DNA of 44,646 nt from NCBI GenBank assembly GCA_009602735.1, contig WELA01003597.1, positions 186,001 through 230,646 of the forward strand. Direction: 5' to 3'. Below are positions 32,801 through 44,646 of this stretch, piece after piece. Position 1 is the first letter of the stretch. Each line of letters opens with the position of its first letter. Both the position numbers and the translations under genes were made by a program. This DNA comes from Mesotaenium endlicherianum (taxonomy: Eukaryota). Below the pieces are notes generated by a model that was not told the DNA's origin, did no database searches, and was given only the letters and a program-made list of their open reading frames with translations.

Positions 32801-35339
32801 TGTCAGTGGGATACTTATACAAACACAAGACCGGAGATCTCGTGCGAGGCCCAGCAGAGACCTGTCCACTCCAGTTTCAACATACAGTGCAAGCAATGTG
32901 CTCCTTGCATCAACATCCGTTCTTATACATTGCGGTGCACCTTTGCTGTCACGCCTATGATGCATAACCTAATTATTGAACGCACAAGAACTTTGACGCA
33001 TGTGGACAAAGGGGGCATTTCCCAATACTATGTCGCAAGCGGAAGGAGGTTTTAATGCATTGGAGACAATCGGCACTAACTCTGGAGTGTGGAGCGAGGT
33101 GAGAGGCATGGCCAGACATGCTGCAAAAGAGCAGACAGGCCGGGGCGTCATAGGTGCTGCATACGTACATGGATAGAAGGGGGCGTAGAACAGGTCCGCC
33201 AGACTGGGGTCGGTGACTCTGCAGTGCGAGCGCTGCAGGCGCATATGGTACAGGTACTCGATAGCATACTCGCTGGTGGTGTAGAACGATGTCAGGTTCT
33301 GCAGCACACTGCCCTGCTCCCAGCCAATCCCAGAGGGCCACGCGCAGCACACTGTCTGCTGAATTCCAATGACTCGCACCTGCAGATGTGACGCTTGTGT
33401 GGGGAAGCAATGACCACTGTCTGACACATTGATATGTATGCAACACATTGTCATGCGACACACATGGCTTCCGAACACTAGAAATTTACTCTTGCGGCTT
33501 TTTGGGGTTGAAGCTGCAACGTCTGCAAGGGTTCTACCCGGACAGTACCATTATGTGGAAGGCCTAACATTCGATCGTCAAAAGCCTTCATACTGCATGC
33601 AGGACTAGGGCCTAAGGTTGAAAACATGCAATAAAAGTTTGGAAATTTTTTGATGCAACTACAAGTCTTGTGAAGGTACCCTCACAGCCATAATTCGGGA
33701 AGCAAAGACTGCTAGGATGAGGACAAGTTCTGACTTACTTCAATTTCAGATAGGTAGGGATCCCCAAGGCCGTCGTTTGCGAAAGTAATTGTGGGGTACT
33801 TTTCCAGAAATGATGTCACAAGATCCTGCAGAGGAACAAAGAATGTGCAAGATGTCGAGGATGTAAGTTGGCAAAGCAAGGTTCACTGAGCTGATGGTTA
33901 ATCGTGGTAGTCCTTGCCTGATAAGCGGAGGCCTGATTAGCGGATTGGCTTAGATGGTAGAATAAAGACATTAATCTGCGAGAACTGCGGAGTACGGATC
34001 AATTTAAGAAGAACCCTTTTTTTGTGAGCTGGTGCCATATGTACTGCGAATGTGCTAACCAGAATGCTGTAAACTATATGGGTGAATGCAACCTCAATAT
34101 GACAGAGGCTGCCATCTGCTCCTAAGGCACCGCTGCCCCCGGAAAGGTATGTTTCATCACCTCACTGTTGGCTAAATCTCCCCCTTTGTCAACTGCTTTG
34201 GACGTAGTGGCTTGCTGGGACCTGACAGCTATAACTTCTAATTACGGTTACTGAAGGCCGGAGCTTGGCATGCTTACAGTTGTGCTTGAGCATATAAGCC
34301 CGGAGGAATGCTATACTCAACAAGCATTACTCATCCAAGCAGCTGCTTTTCCCAAGTGCACAAACACTCGCCGTCTGATAACTCACTGTACTAGCCTTAA
34401 TCCGCATGTAGTGCCATCATGGATGTAAAGAAGATGCATTTTCCTCCTAAACTTTCAAAAGCCTTCTTTTAGTACTCATTTTAGAAACAGCAAGCCATAT
34501 CACGCTTGCTAGTCTGATAACCCTAGTCTATTATTACTGACAATGGCATGCAACTGCTCAAGTTGCATGCCTTTGGGATTCCTTCAAAGTACTGATGTCC
34601 AAAAAGGTAAGGCAACCTACTAGTGCAGCCACTGGACTAAGAGGCGTCATATGCACCCAACTTGGGCCTGGCACTTTATGCTTTCAAGAGTCAGCACAGT
34701 CTAGGACATCTAAATGGTGGGGTTGTTGCAAGCAAAGGCCAAACAGTTGACCAACACCATCACAAGCCACTGCTAACTTATGCGATGGAGGGGGAAAAGA
34801 GTGGGAAAAGAAGAGGGAATCACATGAGATCAAACATCATCAAGCTTGCAAAATGACATGCCAAGAGAGAACAGATCATGTACTATCTGCCTTAAGCTGG
34901 CTTCAATCGGATCTCATAGACTCGAAAGAAAGTACTTCCCGTCATCAAAACTGGTAGAGCTTGCATGCTTAATTTATAGTACTGGGGATTGTAGTGCCCT
35001 GGATGTGTCGCGAGAGTCGATACTATAATCAACGTTTGCCCATGCTAAGATCTTCCAGTAAATTCAACTTTTTTCATGTGGATATAAGGGCACTGCGATC
35101 AGCAGGATCACTTAGACAGGACGCACCTTGTTGTACTCAGCAGGCAACTCGTAAATGTACACTTGCTTGCCGTCACAACTTCGTTCTCCTGGTTCCTTTC
35201 CGTACATCCCTATGCTAAAACCAGTATTGGGATCAGCCCCAAGGGTAGAGGACCAAAGATACCATATATAGTAAATCAGTACAATGATGGTCGCAAAAAA
35301 AAACGTCAGACTTTGCATGATCTTTGGCCTCGCAGCCAT
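29898..35339 (-). CDS. Exostosin / glycosyltransferase family 47 clade A protein (xyloglucan galactosyltransferase MUR3/KATAMARI1/XLT2-like), 9 exons
   Basis: Phase-consistent exons 35339-35127 (type II TM anchor; SCDGKQVYIYELPAEYNK), 33825-33739 (FANDGLGDP), 33313-33169 (FYTTSEYAIEYLYHMRLQRSHCRVTDPSLADLFYAPFYP; the acceptor could instead be 33379), 32735-32518 (SQKWFHKRAGKDHFMVKG..WGTNL), 32225-32109 (VPYPTAFHPRTDADVLLWQ), 31792-31691 (ERVRASQR), 31330-31261, 30784-30638 (SVFSVQLKGAAHTTRAFFDALLCGAIPV..KWHLP; GC donor) and 30175-29898 (VRQMQDNIVKLIPHLAYAHP..DAFDVTLEGL). The motif order is typical of GT47-A. Confidence 0.92.
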
Positions 35340-38300
35340 CTTGAGAGATGCTAGCTGACATAAGCACGCCTGGAGTAACTCCTGGAGGCCCCTTTACTTC
35401 AGGCTCAATCTGGTGAATTTGATGGATCGCTATACCAAAGCTGACCGTAACATTTCCACAGCAGTAGACGCCTTTTTATTTACTTACAGGAACTCAAGCT
35501 TGAGGAAGCAGCACAGTTCCAAATGACTCTCGCAGACAACTATAAGAACAGGTCACGCACGTTTTGTTGATTAATGGCGATAAGTCGAAGTTAAAACGTC
35601 AGAAAGCTGAGTGAATTTGAATGTCCACTTTCCGCAGCTTTCCCTCCAGCAACGAGCTCACACGAAATTGGCCAGTTTTCCGTACCATTCAGACTCACCC
35701 TGTTCAGGGGGTTACAAATGTCGAGAGTTTGTTAACCAATAAAATGTACTAGTTGCGGTTGCCAAAGTTTTATTTATATTGAGCTTTACTAAAATATGCG
35801 TAATCACAAAGAGCCGCCACCCCCCAGCGAGGTTGTCAGAGGCAGTCGGGGTTTCTGGCTGCTTCTCGCAAGAAAGTGAGAACTCTACACGTACTATTCT
35901 TTTTCTCAGCAACAGACACCTGTGTGAATTGTGATCAAGGGAGGTTCGAACTAGTCTGAAGAATTTTAAGCTAGGCTGCATGCAAGTGATGGGCCATGGC
36001 TGTCGAGTAACAGCTATGCCCAAAATATATGCTTAGGAATGTCGCTTCTCAAATCCTTCGAGGCTAGAACACTTACCGGCTAGTTGTCAGTCTGCGATCA
36101 AGTAGCGCTGCCATTCCATTTGCGGCTGATCTGTTGCTCTTGTAGGCAACCAAGTTTGACCATGGGTTTGGGACAACGCTTCGGTGGTGATGAAATGGGG
36201 GCGACCTGCAAATTGTGCACTTTTTACATCTGATGTGATGGGTGTTCTTGGATACAGCAACATGTACAAGGTGCAAGGATGTACCTGGAGTTGCGGATAA
36301 ATGATAATTGATGGCAGCATTCGGTCCGTGTCTCTCGGAAGTCACCGAAAAGTAGTGAGCAGTTAGTATTGTGACTCGTACTCGACCAGAAAAAATTTCG
36401 AGACTCACGATCCATTGACCCTCTATACATGCTAGAATGAGCACCTACTTCAATCCGCTGTGTACACCCCAAGCGCTGACGTGGCCGTTGTGCTTTAAGC
36501 AATCAATTCATCTTGTCTGTCTCTACTAATGCTCTGCTTTGCTGGAGGGGCGTTACCATAATGTAGTGTACCAAAGTAACGCAAACGTAGCAGATTGGAG
36601 TAATATATGGGTTTACAGTGAGGGTGTACGCGATCGAGAACAGCTAGGTAGACAGAGGGCAGAGGAAATGGGCGGAACTGCTGATTCGACCAATTCGGGT
36701 GATTGACTGTCAGTCAGCTCCATGGTTATCTGGCCGGTTCCACCTGTGTGGGAGCTGCAGCCACGTGGTAGCCTCCAAACACGCCTGTGTAAATCATCTT
36801 CTTGCCCCCCTGTCACTTGAGCTGCGTGTGAGCGTGCGTACAATAGCTGGCAAGTACAGCACATAGCCTGGAGTAGGATTACAACTGAATGGTAGCAAAT
36901 CGCGGCCAAAGAGAAAATGAGAGGGACAGGGACATCAGCCACCTTTGCAACTACTTTACTGGAGCTCAGGCGGATACGTGGAACGCACTCACTTTCAGCT
37001 TAAAGTCTTCCTAGGAGTTACCGGCGGCCCCGTTGTTGGTGGGGGGAAGTCAGACGGCCTGTCATAGCGAGAGGAAGGTGAAGGGGGCAGACCTGGAGGG
37101 GCTTGACAGCTGGCATGCTGGCATGCAGCAGTGTGATCTAGCTGGCCCCCAGTCTGGTGTGTTAGTTTCTTACTTCCGGTGGAGTGGGGCGGTTGGGGCA
37201 GGCACGGTGTAGAAGTCAGCAAAGAAGGGAAATGAGTTATTGGGGGGNNNNNNNNNNNNNNNNNNNNNNNNNNNNNNNNNNNNNNNNNNNNNNNNNNNNN
37301 NNNNNNNNNNNNNNNNNNNNNNNNNNNNNNNNNNNNNNNNNNNNNNNNNNNNNNNNNNNNNNNNNNNNNNNNNNNNNNNNNNNNNNNNNNNNNNNNNNNN
37401 NNNNNNNNNNNNNNNNNNNNNNNNNNNNNNNNNNNNNNNNNNNNNNNNNNNNNNNNNNNNNNNNNNNNNNNNNNNNNNNNNNNNNNNNNNNNNNNNNNNN
37501 NNNNNNNNNNNNNNNNNNNNNNNNNNNNNNNNNNNNNNNNNNNNNNNNNNNNNNNNNNNNNNNNNNNNNNNNNNNNNNNNNNNNNNNNNNNNNNNNNNNN
37601 NNNNNNNNNNNNNNNNNNNNNNNNNNNNNNNNNNNNNNNNNNNNNNNNNNNNNNNNNNNNNNNNNNNNNNNNNNNNNNNNNNNNNNNNNNNNNNNNNNNN
37701 NNNNNNNNNNNNNNNNNNNNNNNNNNNNNNNNNNNNNNNNNNNNNNNNNNNNNNNNNNNNNNNNNNNNNNNNNNNNNNNNNNNNNNNNNNNNNNNNNNNN
37801 NNNNNNNNNNNNNNNNNNNNNNNNNNNNNNNNNNNNNNNNNNNNNNNNNNNNNNNNNNNNNNNGGGGGGGACGGAGGGGAGGAGGGAAAAAATAGGTTGC
37901 AAACTGTTGCTTTCTCTGCCCTCCCCCTGTTGTTGAAGGGCAATGTCCTCTCGCTCAGATGCACAGAGCCATCGAAAGTAGTCTCCCAATGTCTGCATCT
38001 CTGTCGCTTATATATCCAAACTCCGTCATGCTGAAGGTATGTACTGCTAGGCTGTGATCGTCTGAAATTCATCAACCCCAGCAGCAACCCAGCTGCCAGC
38101 CCAACACTCGAGGCATGCCTGGGCTTTCAAGTGAGCTGTGCAGTTGACTACTCATGCTTCAACAACGCCCAGTTCTGAACTGCAGCACCTTCAATCCGCT
38201 GGCAGATGGGGCCCGGAGGTTTCAGTAGATGTTGCTAGGAGTAGTCTAGGCAGAGTAGGTGAGAGTGGATGACGTGCTTTTGACGACCCCTTGGCGAGTT

Positions 38301-39272
38301 TGTGATTTTTGTAGTAAGGGATTGGTGTCTCATAAGCAGATGTGAGGAAGACGTGGGCATCTATGTCGCAATGTGTATGTAGACGAAGTGCATGCACTGC
38401 CTGATTGTTGGTGCGAATGAGCTGGCTACAATGCACCCGCGCATGTATATTGAGACACGGAAATACACATCTGATCAGCTCGTGGCAATTGCCAGTTTTA
38501 TCCATCGAAATTCGGATGATCAGAACCTTTCAATGTTTGTTCAGTGGAGGTGCGTTTTCTTCTCAAAATCAAAAGCGATTGAGCGCTTAAAACACGTTCC
38601 AGTTAGAAACAGTTAACATACGCATGCATATGAGTTAGTGCTAATGCGAACAACATCCATGTAATTTTAATCAAATTCTTGAATGAAGAAGACTACAAAT
38701 TAATGATAGTCCGTGCATTCCTTGACATGCATGCGGCTTGAGGGCAGGCCGGAATGTGCAGTGAAAAGCACTCTGGAACAAATTTTGTCGCCATGGCCAC
38801 CAATTTAGCGTCTGACTAAGCAAATAATCTGGAGATCAATATTACCCTGCTTATTATAAAAGCAAACGCTTCCGCAAGCGTACTTATCTTCATCATTGTA
38901 GTCACGATTTTAATTTTATTTTTCTTGAATTTTGAAAGGTCCCATCCAATGAAGTGTGCCTCCATATGGCCAAACAGCAACAGCGTCCAGGCGAGGACAA
39001 GGGCTCACAAACAACATCTGTAAAATTCTTGTCTAATCAGAAACAGAGGCCACGATGCACAGCAAGGGTCACCAAGGTGTCTCCCACACTCCTCCCAGAA
39101 AGAGGAGAGCTCCCCAGTTCCTCGGCACAGCCTACACCTGACAGCTAATTTTGTCTTTGAAACAAGTCATGCACGTTGTCTAGCTCACGGGCATGGGAGG
39201 CCGTGCCACTCATGGACAGGGCCAGACTGCAAGGCTGCAGTGGTCACAAACGGGGGGGCGCGCACGCACGTG

Positions 39273-42200
39273 TCATGCCCAGCGGCGCTTGCGCGCGGGA
39301 CGCTCTGCCCTGACTTCGTCATCTGCGGGCACAGCGGAAGGAGCGTCCGCAGCACCCTCCTGTGGTACAGCAGCGACTGCACCAGCCTCCTCCGCCATCT
39401 GACGGCTGTCAAGTCTCTGTTCTGCTCCCCTGCCGTGGCCGTCATCCCGCTCCATCTCGCTCTCTCTCTCCCGCTCGCCGCCGGCGCTGCCGCCACCCTC
39501 CTGAGCAGCGTGATGGTGCCCGTCTCGTGCGCCTGCATAAGCAGCAGCATCGGCGTCCTCCAGGGCCTCATTGAGGTCAAAGGCGTGCTGCTGCTGCTGC
39601 TGCTGCTGCTGCTGAGAGTCCAGCGCTTCTCGACCGGCCTCGTTGTCCTCCTTAAGCGCCGATCGCCCGCGGCTGCGCCCTTCATGCCTGCCCCTTCCAT
39701 CGCCACCACCACCACCGCTGCCCCCACCCCCCCGCCTGCTCTCCTCCCTGCTGCCAACCGGGGAGCCATTGCGGGTCCTGCTGCGCCTGCGAGCGGAACC
39801 GCGGGCACTGTCAGACAGCAGCAGCTGCTGCTGCTGCTGCTCCTCCTGCTCCTGCTCCCTGTATGGGGCCTTCCTGTGGGAGCCTCCGTCAACGTCTGCG
39901 TCTGGACTCACTGCTGCCGAGTGTCGCTGCTGGTGCTGCTGCCCGGCGCTAGTGAAGGCGGAGGAGGAGCGCCCCCCCAGCCTGCGCTCGTCAAACTTGC
40001 CACGGGCCGGTCTCCTTTCCACATCAGCCGCCATGTCAGCAGCGTGTGAGGGCCTGCTCCTCTTCTTGTCACGAGCGTGCTCATCCGGGGCGGCAGCCTC
40101 TCGTCGATGCTCCGCCACCTGCCACTGCCCTCCCCTGTCCCTGTGCCTGTGCCTGTGCCCCCCTGCCGCCTCCTCCCTCACCTCATCCTCAGCTTCCATC
40201 TCGCCCTTATGGTGCGCATGCTGCCCCTGCTGCTGCTCAAACTGGTGGCTGCTCCGCCCCCCCCCGCCACCGCCTCCTCTCCGCTCAGAAGCGTCCCGGG
40301 CATACCGACGGCCTCCCTCCTCCTCAGCCTCGAGAGCTACAGGCAGGCGGCCACCCGGCCCCTTCCTTGTGCCGCTTGTCCCCCAGTCGTCGGGTTTCTT
40401 GCTATCATCGCGGCCACGCTTGTCTCGCCCGCGGCCGTACTCGGCGTCTCTGGGCGACAGCACTTCTTCTGCCGCCCTGCTGGATGCCTGCATGTTCACC
40501 CGTAGAGAGCGAGCGCGCCCGCAGACACTGTCAGCCCTCGCCAACCTCGCATCATCTGGAGCTGGTGCATTGTCGAAGAGGCCAGCAAAAACACACGCAC
40601 ACATGCGCAAACCCGTTCACACATAGAAAGACGCACACACATATATGCACTTGCTCGCACACACGCGCGCTCAGGCACGCACAGTGCAGGAAAGCAGAGG
40701 CGAGGAGGACGTACCCGAGGCCGGTGAGAGCGTGCCAGGTCGTCCTCGCCATGGCGCTGCTCCCTGTCCATCATTTCCATGCGCCGCCGCTTGCTCATCA
40801 GCTGCTCTCCTGACGCCCCCCCCCCCCGCCTCTCACCCTGCTGCTGCTGCTGCTGCTGCTGGCGTCGCCGTCTGTCGCCATCCTGCTGCTCCTCGTCCAC
40901 AAAGCCAGGCCTCCTGTCCTCCTCCCGGTGCCTCTTGTGGGCCCCATCCTGGCGCCAGCTGTCGACATCCGCAGGCGGCCTGGCCGGCGGGCTCTCCGCA
41001 TGCCCCCCCCGCCTGCGCGTCTGCAGACGCTCGGCGACGTTTTCCTCCTCCTCCTCCAAGCCTCTCCTCCTCTCAGGGAGCCGTCCGCGGTCGCGGTCGC
41101 GAGCGTGCGCGCGCTCACGGCCCTTGTCCTCCTCTGCGCTTCTGCCTCTGCCTCCTCCTCGGCCGCTCCCGCTGCCGCGGGCGTCCTCCCACCCGCCGCT
41201 CGCTTCGTGGCGGTGCGCGAGGCCGCGGCTGCCGCCCTCCACAACGTCGTCGTATTCCCGCTCATACCGCTCCTTGCTGCGTCGAAGCCCATCCCTTGAA
41301 GCGGACCTGTCCCTCTCGCGCGCATCCCTGTCGCGCTCGTGGGGCGCGACCCGGGCAGGCCAGCTGGCGTGTTTGTGGCGCTCGCCGTCGCCATCCGCGT
41401 GCCTGATACGCTGTTGCACGTGCCGGGGCAGCGGCAGAGGAGGCGGCGGTGGCAGCTGCTCCTGCTGCACGTGCCGACTTGGCGCCTCCTTGCACTCCTC
41501 GTACTCGTGCTCGTGCACGCGCTTGCGCCCCACCCTCAGAGGCTCCTCTCGAGTCTGCTCCTCTTCCTCCATCTCCTCCGCGTCCCTGCAGTTCAAATGG
41601 GGGGGTGGGAGGCAAAGGCAAAGGCAGAGGGAGGGGGGGGGTCTTGGGATTTTGGCGGTCTCTGAGGGCCACCCCTGACTGCAGACAGCTGCCATGTGCT
41701 AGGCCGCCACCACCACCCACTGGCCGCAATGGGCAAACGAGAAGAACAGACAATGTGACAACTGGTCGTAGTCCCAGGCACTGCCAGGCGCTGTGAGGGA
41801 GTAAGGAGCAAGAGCGGAGAAAGAGGCAGACAAGACAAGCAGCCCGAGCAGAGGCACGTTGACCCAACCTGGGGCCACCAACGCCATCGCGACGGCGCAC
41901 GCGCTCCTCCCCTCCTTCTCCTTCCCCGCGTCTGTTATACTCTGCATCCTCTAAGTGCCTGCCGCCCTCCTGCCGCCCGCCCCGCCGCCCGCCCGCACCG
42001 CTTGCATACGCCTCCACACGTCGCCCAAAATCAGCTTCACGGCCCCTACCAACGCCACCTTGCACCGCCACCCGTGCCCGCGTCTTGTCCAGGCGGTCTC
42101 TGCTGGCACTGGCCTGCCTGTTGCGCTCCTCCTCCTCCGCCAATGCCTCCACCCGCGCCCTCGCACCCGCGTCTGCGCCCTTGCCTTCGGCCCAGCGCCG

Positions 42201-44315
42201 CTCGCGTTCGCGCTCCAGCTCCCAGCCGCGCTCGCCCTCCCGCTTGCCCCCATGCTCGTACTCCTCCAGCTGCGTCTGCGTCCGCCGGGCGGCCCCCCTA
42301 GAATGAGACCTCCTGCGACGCTCTTCCTCCTCGGGGTCGTCACGCACCGCCGGCTCTGATTGCGGCCCCTGCCTGTGATGGTACTCATGAGCGGGCGCCC
42401 CGTGGTGGCCACCCGCCGGTGCAGGCCGTCGCACCCCCTGGCTGACCCTGGGCGCCTCGGGCTGCCGCATGTGCACGGGGGCACTCCGGTCGCCTGCTTC
42501 TCGTACCCTCTCCTCCTCCTCCTCCTCGTCGTCATCCTCTTCCTCCTGCTCCTCTTCCTCTTTCTCCTCCGCTTCCCGCTCCCGCCCCCCCTCCTCTTCG
42601 TCTTCCTGCTCCTCCTCCTCCTCTTCCCGCCCCCTGGAGTGCTCGCGGCTGCCAGCTGTACGATGTCTGGGCACCCTGCCGTCCGCCACTTGGACGGCAG
42701 GCTTCCTGACGGGGCGCCGAGCGACAGAGCTAGATGGCGCAATCAGAGGGCTCTTCGCACTGGACATAGCCCCTCTCGCTTGCCTGCACCCCCGCAGACA
42801 GGCCCGCACAATGTCAGTCCCTGCAAAGGGCTGCCCACCCGCGCCCGCCCGCCTGCCCGCTTCCACGTATTAGCAAAGAAGCAGAAGCAGGAGCAGAAGC
42901 AGCACCCATGGAGTGCAGTACCATCCCATGCTGCACGCACTCGTGTGTCTTAACGATCTTGCCACAAATTGCACTGCCGTCGTATTAGCTGACAACGAGC
43001 ACAACGACAGCACCCCCACTCCCTGGCACGCCCACACGACGGCAGGAGCCACGAGAAGCTGACAGGTGGACGAACCTGATATGGTCCGGCACAAAGTCGG
43101 GCGGAGGCGGGAGGCGGAGAGGTCCCCCCCCCCGGGGCCCCATCTCCATCTCCATCTCCATCTCCAGCATGTCTCTGTCCATGTCCATGTCCCCCTCGAT
43201 GCGGGGCATGCGTGCGCCCACGCCCATGCCGCCTCTGCTGGAGCCGCCAAAGGGCGGCCCAATGGGCCTGCCGCAACACACACACACACACACACACGCA
43301 CACGTCTCAGAGGGTGAGAGGGAGGGAGGAAGAGGGAGAGAGAGGGCGTTACATGCGGCACCCGCGCACACACAGCACGAGCCTCGGGCGGAGCCAGGTG
43401 GCAGGTCAAGACAGGCCCCTCATGCAAAAAAGTGGCTCTCCACACACTGTGCGCGGGGGGGCAGAGGACAAGCAGGAGGTGCCCTTCCAGGCAACCCCTA
43501 CACGGTGAAACCTGCCCACTCACAGCTGCAGCCTGTGCGGGAGGCAAGACCGGCAGACCCTACAGAGGATGAGATGAGATGGGGCGCGCATTCCCCGCCA
43601 TGCAGAAGCCGCTCAGAATCAAATCAAGTACAGGGCAGCAATGAGAGACGAGGAGAGGCACACACCTGGCACCAGGAGGGGGCCCCATGGGCCCACCAAA
43701 GGGGGGAGGCATACGCTGCGGTCCTCGGCTGCCGTGCATGGGTGGGCCCGGGCCCATCCCTGGCCCGCCGCCACCTGGTGGCATGCCCATACGCACCCCC
43801 CTCCCCGGACCCATCATCAGGCCGTGCCGCCCGGGGCCTGGGCCTGCGCCCAGCTCCCAGTCGTTCAGGATGGGGCCCCCCTCAGGCCACCCGCCCCAAT
43901 TGGCCGTCATGTGGGCCTCCTGCTGCTGCTGCTGCCGCATCATCATGCTGCGCCTCTGCTGCTGCTGCTGCTGTTCGCGCCTCTGCAGCTCGTCCTCCAG
44001 CTGCTGCTGCTGCTGGCGCTGCCGCCGCCTGGCAGCCTCTGCGGGCTCCTTTGGCGGCGGCAGCGGCCCTCCCTCTCGCGCGCCCCCCTCGTCCTCCGCC
44101 TGAGACAAGCGCCCCTCCGTCGCTCGCTCTGCCTCGCCCTCACGCTGCCCCTCCCTCCGGTCAGTGGCGCCCCTGTTCCGGTGGCCCTCCACTGCGCCCT
44201 CCTTGGCCGCTGCAGATCCTGCGGCTGGCGCTTCATCCTTCCTGTGATCTGACGGCTCCGCTTCCTCCTCGTCCTTCACCAGCGGCTCCTCCTCCTCCAC
44301 ACCCTCCAGCTTTAT
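39273..44315 (-). CDS. FIP1: Pre-mRNA 3'-end processing factor FIP1 (plant FIP1[V]-like), 3' portion; the Fip1 domain lies beyond the window end
   Basis: Phase-consistent exons 44315-43666, 43267-43076, 42783-41869, 41585-40715 and 40487-39273 encode a long disordered region rich in Pro/Gly/Met, then Arg/Glu/Asp, ending ERPARKRRWA*. That ending matches the C-terminal motif recalled for plant FIP1[V]. The first exon starts IKLE, compatible with the recalled DAIIQ|I segment. The gene model is solid; the name rests mainly on the C-terminal motif. Confidence 0.75.
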
Positions 44316-44646
44316 CTGCCGCCCCACCACCGTGCACCCGTGTGAGCACTCGTTCCAGGAGATCGTCGAGGAACACACAAAGACAGTGCAAGGCAGGTGC
44401 GCGCGCGCCGCCCACGGCCAAAGCCACCTGTCCCCTGTGCAAGCACGCCACAAAGGGTGCCCTGACCACCACAGGAGGATATGGTCAGGCACCCAGCCAG
44501 CTGTCAAACGACGGGTCCAGCCAGCACCATGCTGACGAGGAGGAGAGCCGGCTTCTCCCCCCACCATGAGCAGGGTGGCCACAACCGAAAGCAATGCGCA
44601 TAGAGATAGAGTGCAGCACAAAGAGTAAGAGAGGGAGGGGGGGGGG

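Noticed and set aside
35400..39180. Short ORFs between the GT47 gene and FIP1
   Set aside because: There are no recognisable motifs or consistent exon chains, so the region is treated as intergenic or UTR.
39240..44569. Long + strand ORFs (e.g. 39643-40626, 43169-44569)
   Set aside because: They are antisense shadows of the GC-rich FIP1 exons.

Overview
Eukaryotic, intron-rich, plastid-bearing genome, most likely a streptophyte green alga (inferred from plant-type RFC1, CCB3, GT47-A and FIP1[V] proteins). The draft assembly has five N gaps. Four host genes can be reconstructed exon by exon: the 3' half of RFC1 (+, 85-3722), CCB3/YGGT (-, 4116-5773), a divergent GT47 clade-A (MUR3/KATAMARI-like) glycosyltransferase (-, 29898-35339) and the 3' part of FIP1[V] (-, 39273 to beyond the window end). 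Between CCB3 and the GT47 gene lies a ~22 kb gene-poor accessory block. It holds a degenerate tRNA-like element (9782-9855) and two diverged tandem copies of a 3-4.4 kb element. Each copy has a TATA box, a highly conserved multi-hairpin leader and an array of ~60-bp CTG/CAG hairpins separated by C-rich spacers (about 17 units in one copy, about 6 in the other). The block also has an orphan dymeclin exon with intact splice sites, a cluster of seven TGTGCCCCAwnGGCACA palindromes, and a second ~2.7 kb tandem repeat family. The promoter/structured-leader/hairpin-array element is the best candidate for an undescribed system, but a plain minisatellite or decayed Ala/Pro-rich ORF is not excluded. All protein identifications come from recalled family motifs, not database searches.
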